From IMG/VR virus record IMGVR_UViG_3300032007_000003, positions 312,029-376,028 of that record: DNA of 64,000 nt; one strand, given 5' to 3'. Source of the stretch: a virus (Duplodnaviria; Heunggongvirae; Uroviricota; Caudoviricetes). The notes below the pieces were generated by a model, which did not search any database, had not been told where the DNA came from, and saw only the letters and a program-made list of their open reading frames with translations. Positions 29,619-40,010 of the stretch are shown in pieces (within the stretch, counting starts at the first letter, position 1; the number at the start of each line of letters is the position of its first letter). The translations under genes and the position numbers were made by a program.

Positions 29619-29891
29619 ATGAATAAAATTAAATTAGAAACAGAACATATCTTTGATTTCAAGGGTGATTACAAATTAGCAAAATATCCACCTAAAAAGG
29701 ATGGATATTATATAACTGTTAAATGCGGTCTTGGAGGTATCTATACTAATTTGAATGAATGGACACAAGGCAAATGGATGGTATTATCAACTGATGACTC
29801 TGATGTTATTGCATATTCTAAAGAACAAGTATCTAAAGAAGATGTTAAAGAATGGCTGAATAATAAACTTGAAAAATATAGAAATAAATAA
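29619..29891 (+). CDS. Hypothetical protein
   Basis: PPKKDGYYITV motif; start moved to MNKIK. Confidence 0.7.
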   Translation: MNKIKLETEHIFDFKGDYKLAKYPPKKDGYYITVKCGLGGIYTNLNEWTQGKWMVLSTDDSDVIAYSKEQVSKEDVKEWLNNKLEKYRNK

Positions 29892-29893
29892 CT

Positions 29894-30250
29894 ATGGCAA
29901 CAATTAAAGAAGATTACGTTAGTTCTGAAATCGCAGAACTATTGAGAGAAAAAGGATTTGATGGCAAAATACACACAACCTTTGATGAAGAAGGTTATAC
30001 ACAACCATCTATCACGCTACAGATGGCAATGAAGTGGCTGAGAATTGAACATAATATTCATATAGAACCTCATATTGTAAAGACTAAGTGTAGTTATGGA
30101 TATATGCCAAATTATATTGATTTGAAAGAATTAAAACAGCATTTTCCATTTGATGAATTTGATTTTGCAAATGCAGATAAATATGTTTGTTTAACTCCAG
30201 ATAAGGCTTGTGAAGTAACAATAAAATATTGTCTTGAAAGAATAATTTAA
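29894..30250 (+). CDS. Hypothetical phage protein
   Basis: EDYVSSEIAELLREKGF...PSITLQMAMKWLR. Confidence 0.75.
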   Translation: MATIKEDYVSSEIAELLREKGFDGKIHTTFDEEGYTQPSITLQMAMKWLRIEHNIHIEPHIVKTKCSYGYMPNYIDLKELKQHFPFDEFDFANADKYVCLTPDKACEVTIKYCLERII

Positions 30251-30252
30251 AT

Positions 30253-30483
30253 ATGAATTATACTGGTAATGTATTTGACTATCATAGTTTAGATGGGTCT
30301 TATGAAAGGGCTATGGATAATTGGACAAGGATTGCATATGCGTTAGACCCAATAGAAATAACCGAATATCATAGGGAAAAATATAAGCAAAGACTATCCG
30401 AGTCCACTAAGACTACTGTAGTTTTATTATTGATTAGCATCATGGTGATAAGTACTATTTTATTAAGTTTTTATTTAATTTAA
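30253..30483 (+). CDS. C-terminally anchored membrane protein
   Basis: Hydrophobic C-terminus. Confidence 0.65.
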   Translation: MNYTGNVFDYHSLDGSYERAMDNWTRIAYALDPIEITEYHREKYKQRLSESTKTTVVLLLISIMVISTILLSFYLI

Positions 30484-30491
30484 AAATAACT

Positions 30492-31087
30492 ATGGATTAT
30501 TATGAGTTTATGTATAGAATTGAGCACAATGATGATTCTGTGCTAAATCTCCCAGAAAGTGGTATTGGAGACGTTCTAGACCCTTGGGATGAAGAATCTT
30601 GTGACGATTTCTTTTTAAGTTCAGACCCTTATATTCCATTATATTAAAAATTAAAATGAATACTATGGCAAGATGGTGTTTACGATTAGACAGGTCATTA
30701 AATGATGACAATAGGTGGAATTTCGGTTGTACTGATGAATGGGGTACGCATCATTCATGTGAAGGATGCTCGCATAACAAATATATGGGTGATGGAAAAC
30801 CAATATCAATTTAATTTGAATAACTATGGCAACAATTAAATATACTTCATGTGATTATAATTGTTTTAGATGTATTTTACCTTGTACAGAACGTGATAAA
30901 TCAGTAAATTATGTTGACTTACAAAGATATTCATCCCAAAGATAAGGTTCTTATTGAGTCATTCTCAAATGTATGCCGTACTATAGAAGAAGTTAAAATA
31001 GTAGCTGAAAACTATTTTGTGACTACAGAAGGAAACAAATATAATTATATCGTTATTAAAAAGATAGTAAAAGATGGCAACAATTAA
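30492..31087 (+). CDS. Run of four micro-ORFs (30492-30647, 30665-30814, 30826-30945, 30911-31087)
   Basis: Hand translations of 51, 49, 39 and 58 aa filling a gap in the track. Confidence 0.5.
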
Positions 31088-31424
31088 AAGTTATACAGAC
31101 ATAGAACAAAGTCATAAGTTGGCAGGGATACTGCCAAATGAAAGTGCAGATATGCATAGTGAAGCTGTAGATGATGAAGGAGATATGGTATTTATTATTG
31201 TAGATGGTTTAGGAGATAAAACTAAACCAAACTATGGTTCACCTGTATGGAGTCTTGCAGCATTGCTTGATGTTTTGCCAAATGGAACTAACATAAGTAC
31301 CCCTGACCCCCTCAATAAAGTTAGGTATAGTTGCTGGAACGATTATGATATAACTTATGCAAGCAATCCAATTGATGCTTGTGTTGCTATGATAGAACGT
31401 TTACACGAACTTAAAATGTTGTGA
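31074..31424 (+). CDS. Hypothetical phage protein
   Basis: YTDIEQSHKL...PVWSLAALLDVLP. Confidence 0.75.
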   Translation: MATIKSYTDIEQSHKLAGILPNESADMHSEAVDDEGDMVFIIVDGLGDKTKPNYGSPVWSLAALLDVLPNGTNISTPDPLNKVRYSCWNDYDITYASNPIDACVAMIERLHELKML

Positions 31425-31426
31425 TT

Positions 31427-31600
31427 ATGATACAGTATAGGAAATCAGATGGAACTTTGGGTGAATTTCGTTCTGACAAACTTTATTCTATTGAAGCCAA
31501 AGAACATACTTTTACAGTAACTCTTAGGCATTACGGATGGGATGAGTATGACTGGGCGAATGAAGAAATAACTGATATAATTGAACTTAGAATTGGGTGA
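31427..31600 (+). CDS. Small hypothetical protein (57 aa)
   Basis: Hand translation. Confidence 0.55.
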   Translation: MIQYRKSDGTLGEFRSDKLYSIEAKEHTFTVTLRHYGWDEYDWANEEITDIIELRIG

Positions 31601-31602
31601 TT

Positions 31603-32199
31603 ATGAAAGAACTTAGTATAGAAGAAAAGGCAAAAGCCTATGACGAGGCTTTAAAAGTTTTGCATAAATACGATGGCGCAAACATAATGTTTTCACAATC
31701 TTTGAAAGAGGAAATGTTCCCAGAACTTGCAGAGTCAGATGATGAGAAGATAAGGAAATTTATAATTGAGATTTTTAAAGATTCTCAACGAAACGGAGTT
31801 TCGCAAGTAATAATGCTAGAACAATTCGATAAGATATTTGCTTGGCTTGAAAAGCAAGGTAATCTCATCGTGGAATTGCAAAAAACTTATGTTGAAATAG
31901 GTAGATTAGTAAAAGAAAATTGTTATCTAAAAGAAAAACAAGGTGAACAGAAGTCTGCCGAGTGGGGTGAAGAGGATGAACACTTATTTCAAATCGTAAT
32001 TGACATTTTAGACAGAGAAAATCATTTGGGAAACATATCACATACAGATTTAATTGCTTGTGTAAGAAAACTCAAATCCCTCAAGCCTCAGTCACAGTGG
32101 AAACCTAGTAAAGAACAGATGTCGTTTCTAAAAGGATATGCTGAAGAAGATATGGTTCTTCAATCTCTTTATAATGATTTGAAAAAACTAACAGAATAA
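31603..32199 (+). CDS. Hypothetical phage protein
   Basis: EEKAKAYDEAL...FPELAESDDEKIRK...QWKPSKEQM. Confidence 0.8.
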   Translation: MKELSIEEKAKAYDEALKVLHKYDGANIMFSQSLKEEMFPELAESDDEKIRKFIIEIFKDSQRNGVSQVIMLEQFDKIFAWLEKQGNLIVELQKTYVEIGRLVKENCYLKEKQGEQKSAEWGEEDEHLFQIVIDILDRENHLGNISHTDLIACVRKLKSLKPQSQWKPSKEQMSFLKGYAEEDMVLQSLYNDLKKLTE

Positions 32200-32203
32200 A
32201 GAT

Positions 32204-32398
32204 ATGAAATATAGAATAAGGTATATAGATTCGTCTTTATTGTTTTTTACTCCGTTTTCATTTTTGAATATGGGTGGATGTGACCATTGGGTGATAGAAG
32301 CCAAAAAACATTGGTGGAACAAATGGAAAACCATACACAGTTATGATAACAAGAAAGAAGCAGAGAAAAAATTAAAGAAACTAGTAAATCATAAATGA
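32204..32398 (+). CDS. Hypothetical protein
   Basis: Packed ORF. Confidence 0.65.
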   Translation: MKYRIRYIDSSLLFFTPFSFLNMGGCDHWVIEAKKHWWNKWKTIHSYDNKKEAEKKLKKLVNHK

Positions 32399-32505
32399 AT
32401 TAGTTAACATGAACTAAATAATGTTAAAAGTTGGGATAATATTTGTTTATCTCAACTTTATTTTATATATTTGCGCCAAAGTAAAATATTAATTAAAAAT
32501 GGAAG

Positions 32506-32907
32506 ATGGGTAGAATAGCATTTAGACATTGGAAAGCTGTTAGATGTAAAAAAACAGATGGTAGAGAGTTCATAGCACTTTACCAAGGTCCTATAGGCTG
32601 CAAAGAAAGTGGAGGACATGTGGTATGGGATGGCAAAGACCAATACTTCATTGGTGAAAAAAGAGGTGATGTAATAATGGATGCCACAGAAGAAGAGGCT
32701 GAAGCCATCTATAAGAAGATAGAAGATGACTTCGAATACATGTTTACACACCCAAAACCAGCCAATGTTAAGAACGATAAAAAAGCAGAAATACCAAAAT
32801 TGAAAACTAAACTGAAACCAGAATTCTTGGTTACAGAAGTTGAAGTTCCTAAACCAAAGGTACTATCCGATTTTGAATTACTTATAGCAGATGTTGGAAT
32901 GATATGA
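32506..32907 (+). CDS. Hypothetical protein
   Basis: Promoter at 32466. Confidence 0.7.
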   Translation: MGRIAFRHWKAVRCKKTDGREFIALYQGPIGCKESGGHVVWDGKDQYFIGEKRGDVIMDATEEEAEAIYKKIEDDFEYMFTHPKPANVKNDKKAEIPKLKTKLKPEFLVTEVEVPKPKVLSDFELLIADVGMI

Positions 32908-33128
32908 AATTAGTTTATTTTTTAATCGATTGGTGGAAGGAAAGAAAATATCTAGAGGATGTTAAGAAACTCCTACGTCATAAACGTGAGAGACTCCGTT
33001 TCCATAAGAAGAAAATCAAGACCATCATAAAGCATAATGGGAGAAAACATAGTATCAAAACCCATCGTTACATGGTTAATAAGTTAACAAGGGAGATTAA
33101 AGGTATTAAAGAACATTTTAAAAAATAA
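32904..33128 (+). CDS. Basic hypothetical protein
   Basis: Packed ORF. Confidence 0.65.
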   Translation: MKLVYFLIDWWKERKYLEDVKKLLRHKRERLRFHKKKIKTIIKHNGRKHSIKTHRYMVNKLTREIKGIKEHFKK

Positions 33129-33131
33129 TAT

Positions 33132-33476
33132 ATGGCAAAAAGTAATTTTACAAAAGGAGATTATGTAAGCTGTAAGAAATGGAGTGGAGCACCCTTCTTG
33201 GGCATCTATGAACACACCTATAATGATAGCTCACATAGCGTTGTAGATGTATCTAGCGGCAAACGATTTAATATCCACAAGGATGATATCAAGATGGCTT
33301 CAGAGGAAGAAGTTAAGGAAATTAAGAAATTGTCCAAACAGAATAACGTTAAACCAATGGACAATGTTCCTGATACATATACGGTAGGAAAACCACCAAA
33401 GAATACTTCAGCACCAACAGCAGCAACAATAAAGGTGAATGAGGAATTGGAAACAGCAATGGAAGCAACTGAATAA
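33132..33476 (+). CDS. Hypothetical protein
   Basis: Followed by hairpin AAAGGGTGAAC/GTTCATCCTTT. Confidence 0.7.
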   Translation: MAKSNFTKGDYVSCKKWSGAPFLGIYEHTYNDSSHSVVDVSSGKRFNIHKDDIKMASEEEVKEIKKLSKQNNVKPMDNVPDTYTVGKPPKNTSAPTAATIKVNEELETAMEATE

Positions 33477-33584
33477 AGGGTGAACAAAACAATGTTCATC
33501 CTTTTTTGTTTTTTTAACTTTTCATTCTTGCATTCCAATTATTTTTTCCATATCTTTGCCCTATATTGGATATAATATACAAAT

Positions 33585-33926
33585 ATGAGTAAACAAATCT
33601 TAGAAGATACACAAGACGTATTGACAAATTGTATAATGGCAATTAATGACTTTACAAAGGAGAACCTTAATGAACACATTGCATTCATGAAGAAAGCAAT
33701 AACACATCTGCATGATAACGTAATAACACAAGAGGCTCTACATAAAAGCAATAATGCCGTTATAAATGAATTGCTAGGGAAAATTAATAAAAATATCATA
33801 GCATTCTCAAGAGCAGCATTGGATAACCTCACAGTGGAAAACTTTGAGGATAAAAAACCTATGCTAGTAGCTTGGCTGTCATATTACGAAAAACAAGTAA
33901 TCAACTTCTTGAGTAATGAAAAGTGA
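33585..33926 (+). CDS. Hypothetical helical protein
   Basis: Promoter at 33551. Confidence 0.7.
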   Translation: MSKQILEDTQDVLTNCIMAINDFTKENLNEHIAFMKKAITHLHDNVITQEALHKSNNAVINELLGKINKNIIAFSRAALDNLTVENFEDKKPMLVAWLSYYEKQVINFLSNEK

Positions 33927-34149
33927 TTTCAAACTTGTAGCCTTTGCCTCGAATCATAATGGTAATAAAATCTTCTGTAGATTGATGTATAACAAAAAAA
34001 CAATGGCAAAAGGCTTCTATGACTTCGATAAAGAAAAATTCTTCGTAACAAAATACGTTAAATCTAACTTTGTACAAGGAATGGGAAAAAATACAGTTAA
34101 GAAAAACCTTGTAGAACTATTAAATATTGACTATGACTGGAACATGTAA
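33916..34149 (+). CDS. Hypothetical protein
   Basis: Packed ORF. Confidence 0.65.
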   Translation: MKSDFKLVAFASNHNGNKIFCRLMYNKKTMAKGFYDFDKEKFFVTKYVKSNFVQGMGKNTVKKNLVELLNIDYDWNM

Positions 34150-34153
34150 TTTA

Positions 34154-34450
34154 ATGCTAATATATAGCCGTGATGATAAAAACAACAGATGGTTGACACG
34201 AAGAGACAATATATATGAGGGACAAAAAGAATATAGAAACCTTGTAAGAATTGACCATTTCGATGAACCATATTGTTCCCCTTCGGAAATAAGAAGTTTA
34301 TTCACTGATGGAGAGAATAAGCGTCTTAGCGTACTAGATACAGACGTTCCCACAAAATTAGACATAGAAGGATATATCACAGTGTCAAATATGCTGCGTA
34401 AAAGTAAATATAAGTTTAACAAGAAAACTCAAAAATTAGTTGATAAATAA
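34154..34450 (+). CDS. Hypothetical protein, family B
   Basis: MLRKSKYKFNKKTQKL. Confidence 0.7.
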   Translation: MLIYSRDDKNNRWLTRRDNIYEGQKEYRNLVRIDHFDEPYCSPSEIRSLFTDGENKRLSVLDTDVPTKLDIEGYITVSNMLRKSKYKFNKKTQKLVDK

Positions 34451-34451
34451 T

Positions 34452-35012
34452 ATGGATATCGATATTACACATCAAATATTGGGATTCTTTAATAATGTCG
34501 CTGACCTTACATGCGATTACGTTGATAGAATCGAACTTAACCCAATAAGATTGTATGGCAACTTCTATGTTACTGGATTTAAACGCAACTTCTATTATGC
34601 AACATCTATAGAAGTTCACATAAAAGAATTGAGAAAACTGAAAATAAACACAGATTCAGCAATAGCAGATGATGAAGAAGGATACTACTTCATGGAACCA
34701 GACAATGACTTATGGCTACCAATTACTATGCTGTCTGAAAAGCTAATGCAAAATGCACTCAATACATTCATGGATAACTTCGATAAAGTAAAAGACTTCC
34801 ATGTGCTAGATGTTACCTATAAAGAAAAAGGTGATGATAATAAACATATGGAAACAATACTCTACCAAAATAAAAGAACTGCATACAAAGACGCTATTAA
34901 ATTTAGAAAAGAAAATGAACAATGTTCTACCAAATTCCATACCTTTACAAACGAAAACTGTAAGGAACATAAATTGACAGATTTCGAAATTCTAACAGCA
35001 GCAACAGAATGA
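34452..35012 (+). CDS. Hypothetical protein
   Basis: Packed ORF; ATG 34452 preferred. Confidence 0.7.
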   Translation: MDIDITHQILGFFNNVADLTCDYVDRIELNPIRLYGNFYVTGFKRNFYYATSIEVHIKELRKLKINTDSAIADDEEGYYFMEPDNDLWLPITMLSEKLMQNALNTFMDNFDKVKDFHVLDVTYKEKGDDNKHMETILYQNKRTAYKDAIKFRKENEQCSTKFHTFTNENCKEHKLTDFEILTAATE

Positions 35013-35461
35013 TAATTACAAACAATACAACTTGTCTATTACTCTCAATTAAGGAGATTCCATACTTAGGAATTAAAATAGGTGTGGTACCAGTAATATT
35101 GAAGGAGAAGGAAATTACATTCTATCCAATCTTCAACAAGACATTGTATGAGTATGCCGCATATTATCATTATAGGTCTATTCTAATTGATGACCCAACT
35201 AGTGAGGTTGGAAGAATAACAAATTTCTACTTTGATGACATTGAGACAAAAAGCGATGAGAGAATAAAACACTACTACGATAACTTTAGTGGCACACACT
35301 ATTTCCTCTCAAGAGACAAACAACTCATTAAGGAAATGGTGCATAATAAACTGTTTCGCTGGAAACAGAAAAAATTGCTCAAAACCCCAGACTTTGATTT
35401 CACTCAAATAAACTTTACATACAAACAAATCATATGTGATTTAAAACACGCTAGAATATGA
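35009..35461 (+). CDS. Hypothetical protein
   Basis: Packed ORF. Confidence 0.7.
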   Translation: MIITNNTTCLLLSIKEIPYLGIKIGVVPVILKEKEITFYPIFNKTLYEYAAYYHYRSILIDDPTSEVGRITNFYFDDIETKSDERIKHYYDNFSGTHYFLSRDKQLIKEMVHNKLFRWKQKKLLKTPDFDFTQINFTYKQIICDLKHARI

Positions 35462-35829
35462 GCAAGATAACACTCAATAAGGGACAATTCTATAAGCTGA
35501 AACAGTATAAATATGATAGAGAATACGTAGTCATATGCCCTTCAAAAGACTTTACATTGAAGGAAGATTGCTATTATGATACAATCCCTTCACTCTTCAA
35601 GGTCACTGGTTATGGCAAACGTAAGAAACTCCATCCATATTCAACATATAGAATAGAGAAAGGCAAACTTATAAAGTGTGGCTGGGTAGTCGATGTCACA
35701 ATATACACAGGAAACTATAAAATCATTAAGCCATTGTCTATAAAGGATTGCACACAGCTTAATATGCTCCTTAGAGAAAATGGCTTTGTCTTCAATAAAA
35801 AGGTGAATAAATTAATCCGATTAAGATAA
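35458..35829 (+). CDS. Hypothetical protein, family B
   Basis: LLRENGFVFNKKVNKLIR. Confidence 0.75.
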   Translation: MSKITLNKGQFYKLKQYKYDREYVVICPSKDFTLKEDCYYDTIPSLFKVTGYGKRKKLHPYSTYRIEKGKLIKCGWVVDVTIYTGNYKIIKPLSIKDCTQLNMLLRENGFVFNKKVNKLIRLR

Positions 35830-35899
35830 ATTAACGTGAGATATTTGTCTATCTCACGTTTTTTTTATATATTTGCAAGTATAATAGGGATAATAAAAA

Positions 35900-36373
35900 A
35901 TGGAATTAAACGAAAAGACAATAAAAGTAGGAGATAGTTTATATTACTTGAATATACTGCAAGATAAGGATTATGGTCATTGGTGTTTTTTAATCACTGT
36001 GGCTAATATAACCTATCTTGAGAAAGATACAAGCGGTCATTACTATTTTGTAAAGTTTAAGACACCTTGGGCAAACCAATTCATCTTGACACAAAATAAT
36101 TGGCGACATAGACAAGGACAACTGTGGAATAATGAGTTGATTGGAAATAATAAACCAATCGTTAAATTAAAAGAATATAGGGGAACTTTCCAAAATGAAT
36201 GGTCATTCTTCTGTCATTCCTTCAAAGACTTAACCAAAATCCTCAAAGAAACTGTCTTTAACGGAAAAGGCAACGAGGTAACGAAGAGAAAAAGAGAAAA
36301 AATGTATAGAGAATTAGTCAAACAATGGACTAAAACAAATTATAGAGAAAATTTTGAGATAAGATTAAAATAA
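35900..36373 (+). CDS. Hypothetical protein
   Basis: Promoter at 35868; IKVGDSLYY start shared in style with neighbouring genes. Confidence 0.7.
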   Translation: MELNEKTIKVGDSLYYLNILQDKDYGHWCFLITVANITYLEKDTSGHYYFVKFKTPWANQFILTQNNWRHRQGQLWNNELIGNNKPIVKLKEYRGTFQNEWSFFCHSFKDLTKILKETVFNGKGNEVTKRKREKMYRELVKQWTKTNYRENFEIRLK

Positions 36374-36377
36374 TGAA

Positions 36378-36743
36378 ATGAATAAAGATATACATATACT
36401 CTTTGACCAAATAACCTTTATGCCACACTGGAATAAAGCACTAGAGCAAAATAGATGCCCAATACAAATAATACAAGAAGGTAATACAAAATGGATTTCA
36501 TTGTTAGATAACATTGACTTTAAATGCGCAGCGTATAGAAACATAACCCTATTCCAAATTGGTAATAGATTGGTAATAAATATTCACAAGTTAATGGAGG
36601 GAAAACAATATGCTAATTTTGATGATGGAGATATTATTAGAAACCCAACAATGGAAGAGTATCTAATCATTGCAAGAAAATTTAAAGAACACGGAATTAT
36701 ATTCAATAAAAAAAAAGAAATCATTAATTTAAATTTTTTATAA
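36378..36743 (+). CDS. Hypothetical protein, family B
   Basis: NPTMEEY...KFKEHGIIFNKKKE. Confidence 0.75.
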   Translation: MNKDIHILFDQITFMPHWNKALEQNRCPIQIIQEGNTKWISLLDNIDFKCAAYRNITLFQIGNRLVINIHKLMEGKQYANFDDGDIIRNPTMEEYLIIARKFKEHGIIFNKKKEIINLNFL

Positions 36744-36745
36744 CT

Positions 36746-37123
36746 ATGTCAAATAAAAGTAGAAAAATGAAGCGTGATATGCGCTCAGACAAGAGATTCA
36801 TCTTTAATTGTATCCTTAACTTCGGTATCGATTCATCTAAAGCCGATATAATGGGCGATAATCCATTGGAGGATAAAGTCTATACTAAACGCATTAACCT
36901 CGATTCAGACTATGAGGGAGGACTACATATTAAAGCAGTATCACTCACTAGCGATAACCCTAACTTTACCGATTCAAATAACACAGATATATCCATCCGT
37001 AAAGTGAGAATCAATACACAAAATAGAAACGGTAAATGGGTAAACATCTTCCTCAACGAAGCTCCTACCAAACTAGTAAACGCTATCGCTGAGAAACTCT
37101 TCATTAAATATGCTGAAGATTGA
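36746..37123 (+). CDS. Hypothetical protein
   Basis: Packed ORF. Confidence 0.7.
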   Translation: MSNKSRKMKRDMRSDKRFIFNCILNFGIDSSKADIMGDNPLEDKVYTKRINLDSDYEGGLHIKAVSLTSDNPNFTDSNNTDISIRKVRINTQNRNGKWVNIFLNEAPTKLVNAIAEKLFIKYAED

Positions 37124-37520
37124 AAAAGGTAAAAAATATGTGATGGTGAGAATCGATAAAATGTATATCGGAATACACGCAATAAGGGTGGTAAACCGAC
37201 CAGATTTCTCATCACCTAGCATATTATTGAACTATAGAGTGATTGGAGATAATGGGCTGTGCTTTGGGGACAGCCCAATCCATTCTACTTGTTTGTTCGC
37301 AAACCTATGCACACATTACGAACATTGGGTCACTCTAGCACACGGATGGGCTTTAGTCGATTCGAGAGAAAATGCTCTCAAGTATTGCAGAAAAGCAATC
37401 CTATGGGAATTCTATAGGGACGATATACTGCCATTTAGACAGAATATGCAAGCATATGGATGGCTGTGTTGTTCAACATACCAAAAGGCATTAATACAAT
37501 TGAAAACATTAAAATTATGA
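37110..37520 (+). CDS. Hypothetical protein
   Basis: Packed ORF. Confidence 0.65.
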   Translation: MLKIEKGKKYVMVRIDKMYIGIHAIRVVNRPDFSSPSILLNYRVIGDNGLCFGDSPIHSTCLFANLCTHYEHWVTLAHGWALVDSRENALKYCRKAILWEFYRDDILPFRQNMQAYGWLCCSTYQKALIQLKTLKL

Positions 37521-37547
37521 CAATTGGATGTTTAAACTTCTTGTAAT

Positions 37548-37934
37548 ATGGAACTCCTTAACATAAAAAATAAATTCAAAGGAAATAGATTCTATTACTG
37601 TAACTTCTTGGTAACTAACTACTATGAAGTGCAACCAATTCTGAGAAAAATCTATATCAGAATGGCAACATATGTGGGAGATAATATCATACTAGTAGGA
37701 CAAGACTTTAGAATAGAACTGCCAATAAAACAATTGGTAACTAATAAATCATTCGCTATACAACCTAATAAATATACCATTATTAGCACACAAAAACAAG
37801 AAATTGAAAGATTTATCAAACACTATTATTCTAAAGGCACTAACGTAAGAGAAAGATGGGATAATAAATCATACTATTCATCAAATAGTAAAAGAAAATA
37901 TAATACACTCCTACAACAACTTAAAAGGTTATAA
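37548..37934 (+). CDS. Hypothetical protein
   Basis: Packed ORF. Confidence 0.7.
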   Translation: MELLNIKNKFKGNRFYYCNFLVTNYYEVQPILRKIYIRMATYVGDNIILVGQDFRIELPIKQLVTNKSFAIQPNKYTIISTQKQEIERFIKHYYSKGTNVRERWDNKSYYSSNSKRKYNTLLQQLKRL

Positions 37935-37938
37935 AAAC

Positions 37939-38361
37939 ATGGAAGAAAAAATCCTTAATTTCGATAATATATCAAAAGGAAATATAGATGTCTATGTCTA
38001 TATCAATGGCATGTATCCACAAAAAGGAACATTAACTGGCTTCTTTAATTTCAATAAAAACAATACATACACAGATGATGTATCACTTATGGTACATTCA
38101 CATGGTACATTCCATCTACTAACATTCGATGTCCTTAAAGTGTCCGATAATAATACAGACCACCTAGAAATTAAATACAATAATAGAAGACCAACTTTCA
38201 TAACAACATCAAAAATGACTATGAAAGACTATATGAGAAAAGATTTGCTCACTAGCCCACTATCATGGATTGGTAAACTAAATATACAATCTAACTTCGA
38301 TAGAAAAAGAAAAGCAAAAGATATATATCAAGAATTTATAAAATATATCAAAAACCTATGA
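37939..38361 (+). CDS. Hypothetical protein
   Basis: Packed ORF. Confidence 0.7.
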   Translation: MEEKILNFDNISKGNIDVYVYINGMYPQKGTLTGFFNFNKNNTYTDDVSLMVHSHGTFHLLTFDVLKVSDNNTDHLEIKYNNRRPTFITTSKMTMKDYMRKDLLTSPLSWIGKLNIQSNFDRKRKAKDIYQEFIKYIKNL

Positions 38362-38636
38362 CACAAGAAGATAAAAATAGAATCATTACACTACTCAAAA
38401 ACTATAATAACGTCTCAATATTAATAGCAGACCTACTTAACCCCATTAACGATGTAATGAAAAAATATCAATGCTCAACAGAAGAAGCATGCAATATAAA
38501 GTTTAAAGCAGAAGACTACCTCAAAAACTATGGATGCCTCACAATAGACTCCACTACTAAAGCTGTGAAGAATATTGTCGAAAACATAAAAGTGGAAGAA
38601 GAAATTGAAACTCCAGTACCAACGGATGCAAGATGA
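38358..38636 (+). CDS. Hypothetical protein
   Basis: Packed ORF. Confidence 0.7.
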   Translation: MTQEDKNRIITLLKNYNNVSILIADLLNPINDVMKKYQCSTEEACNIKFKAEDYLKNYGCLTIDSTTKAVKNIVENIKVEEEIETPVPTDAR

Positions 38637-39046
38637 TAACATACGATTCATTAAACAGCAATAAAGATTATTACGCTGTATATGTACCAATACATGACGA
38701 TGTGCCACATCTATTAGTGCCACTCAAGGTAGAATTCAGAGGCTTCTACTCAGACACTTTCCGTAATTGTAAATACCTAAGAGTCATAAGCTCAATGCGC
38801 ACTACAGAATATAAATGTGCACTAGAAGATAATACCTTTATAAAAGGGAGTATGAAACCAACCAATATGCTACAACTCACAGCATACCAATGTACATGGC
38901 TTCCAAAAGGAAAACTCTATGTCACAGAAGATAAATCACTCTTGACAAAATATATCAGAGGCTTCTATAGAATAGAATTCCATCGTGGAAGAATAACAGC
39001 TAGAGGAACATACCAAAAAGTAATGAACACACTTAAACAATTATAA
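38633..39046 (+). CDS. Hypothetical protein
   Basis: Packed ORF. Confidence 0.7.
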   Translation: MITYDSLNSNKDYYAVYVPIHDDVPHLLVPLKVEFRGFYSDTFRNCKYLRVISSMRTTEYKCALEDNTFIKGSMKPTNMLQLTAYQCTWLPKGKLYVTEDKSLLTKYIRGFYRIEFHRGRITARGTYQKVMNTLKQL

Positions 39047-39053
39047 AATAACT

Positions 39054-39446
39054 ATGTATTATTACCAAAGCTCGGTTGACGGTAGACAAACCTACCAAGA
39101 GAACCCAGAAGGAACACTAGAGGAGAGAACAAAAAAACTATATAAACTCCTTAAAGAACATAAACTATTCGGAATATATATCACAACCATTTCTGTAAGA
39201 CCAAAATATATCTATGACATATTACAAGAATGGCTGTGGATTGCTACAACACCAATCGGAATAATGATTTCTGAACATTACGAAGAATTCATACAAGATG
39301 GAACATTTAATATCAATAGAAAAGAACTATTAGAAAAATATAATGATACACTTTCAAGACTCGATGAAGAATATCTAGTGAACCTCATAGAATATATGAG
39401 AAGATACTTCAACTCAGAAAGAGGACGAAACGTAAAATTAATCTAG
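39054..39446 (+). CDS. Hypothetical protein
   Basis: Packed ORF; KLLKEHKLF resembles the family A N-terminus. Confidence 0.7.
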   Translation: MYYYQSSVDGRQTYQENPEGTLEERTKKLYKLLKEHKLFGIYITTISVRPKYIYDILQEWLWIATTPIGIMISEHYEEFIQDGTFNINRKELLEKYNDTLSRLDEEYLVNLIEYMRRYFNSERGRNVKLI

Positions 39447-39450
39447 AACA

Positions 39451-39747
39451 ATGATTATTAATGAGAAATCAAAGAGAATCATAAAACTCACAAAAGAAAA
39501 AAAACTATATCCGCAGTTTAGAATATTATTGCAATGGCTACACTTTGACGTGGATAAAGCTAGAACACATCATAGAGGATATATGCTCCCAAAAACACAT
39601 ATCCTCTTTAAATTCCTTACAGCTGTGAAGAATGAAAATAATACAGAACTTATCAAAATATTACAAAAATTTAAAAAGGTTCAACCAACATCAGAAAAAC
39701 AAATCCATAACTTTAAAGCTTTTTTCCTATATAAACCAAGAAGATAA
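39451..39747 (+). CDS. Hypothetical protein (family A-like N-terminus)
   Basis: KLTKEKKLYPQFRILL. Confidence 0.7.
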   Translation: MIINEKSKRIIKLTKEKKLYPQFRILLQWLHFDVDKARTHHRGYMLPKTHILFKFLTAVKNENNTELIKILQKFKKVQPTSEKQIHNFKAFFLYKPRR

Positions 39748-40010
39748 TGAGAAAAAGAAACTATAAAAACTTCATACAAACTCTAAAATCATATAACCTA
39801 TATGTGACCTTTAGAGTTCTAATACATGGAAGAATAAAATGCCAAGGACTAGACCCAAGAAACAAACTGCTCATACAACTTAAACAAGCAGAACTAATAC
39901 AAGACTTCGAAACACATTCTTGGAGCACTACACGTATCATATCATTCCTTGGGGCAGTCAAAAAAGGATTAATAAAAGGAAAACACTTTACCATAAATAA
40001 CGCACTATGA
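39747..40010 (+). CDS. Hypothetical protein (family A-like N-terminus)
   Basis: QTLKSYNLYVTFRVLI. Confidence 0.7.
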   Translation: MRKRNYKNFIQTLKSYNLYVTFRVLIHGRIKCQGLDPRNKLLIQLKQAELIQDFETHSWSTTRIISFLGAVKKGLIKGKHFTINNAL

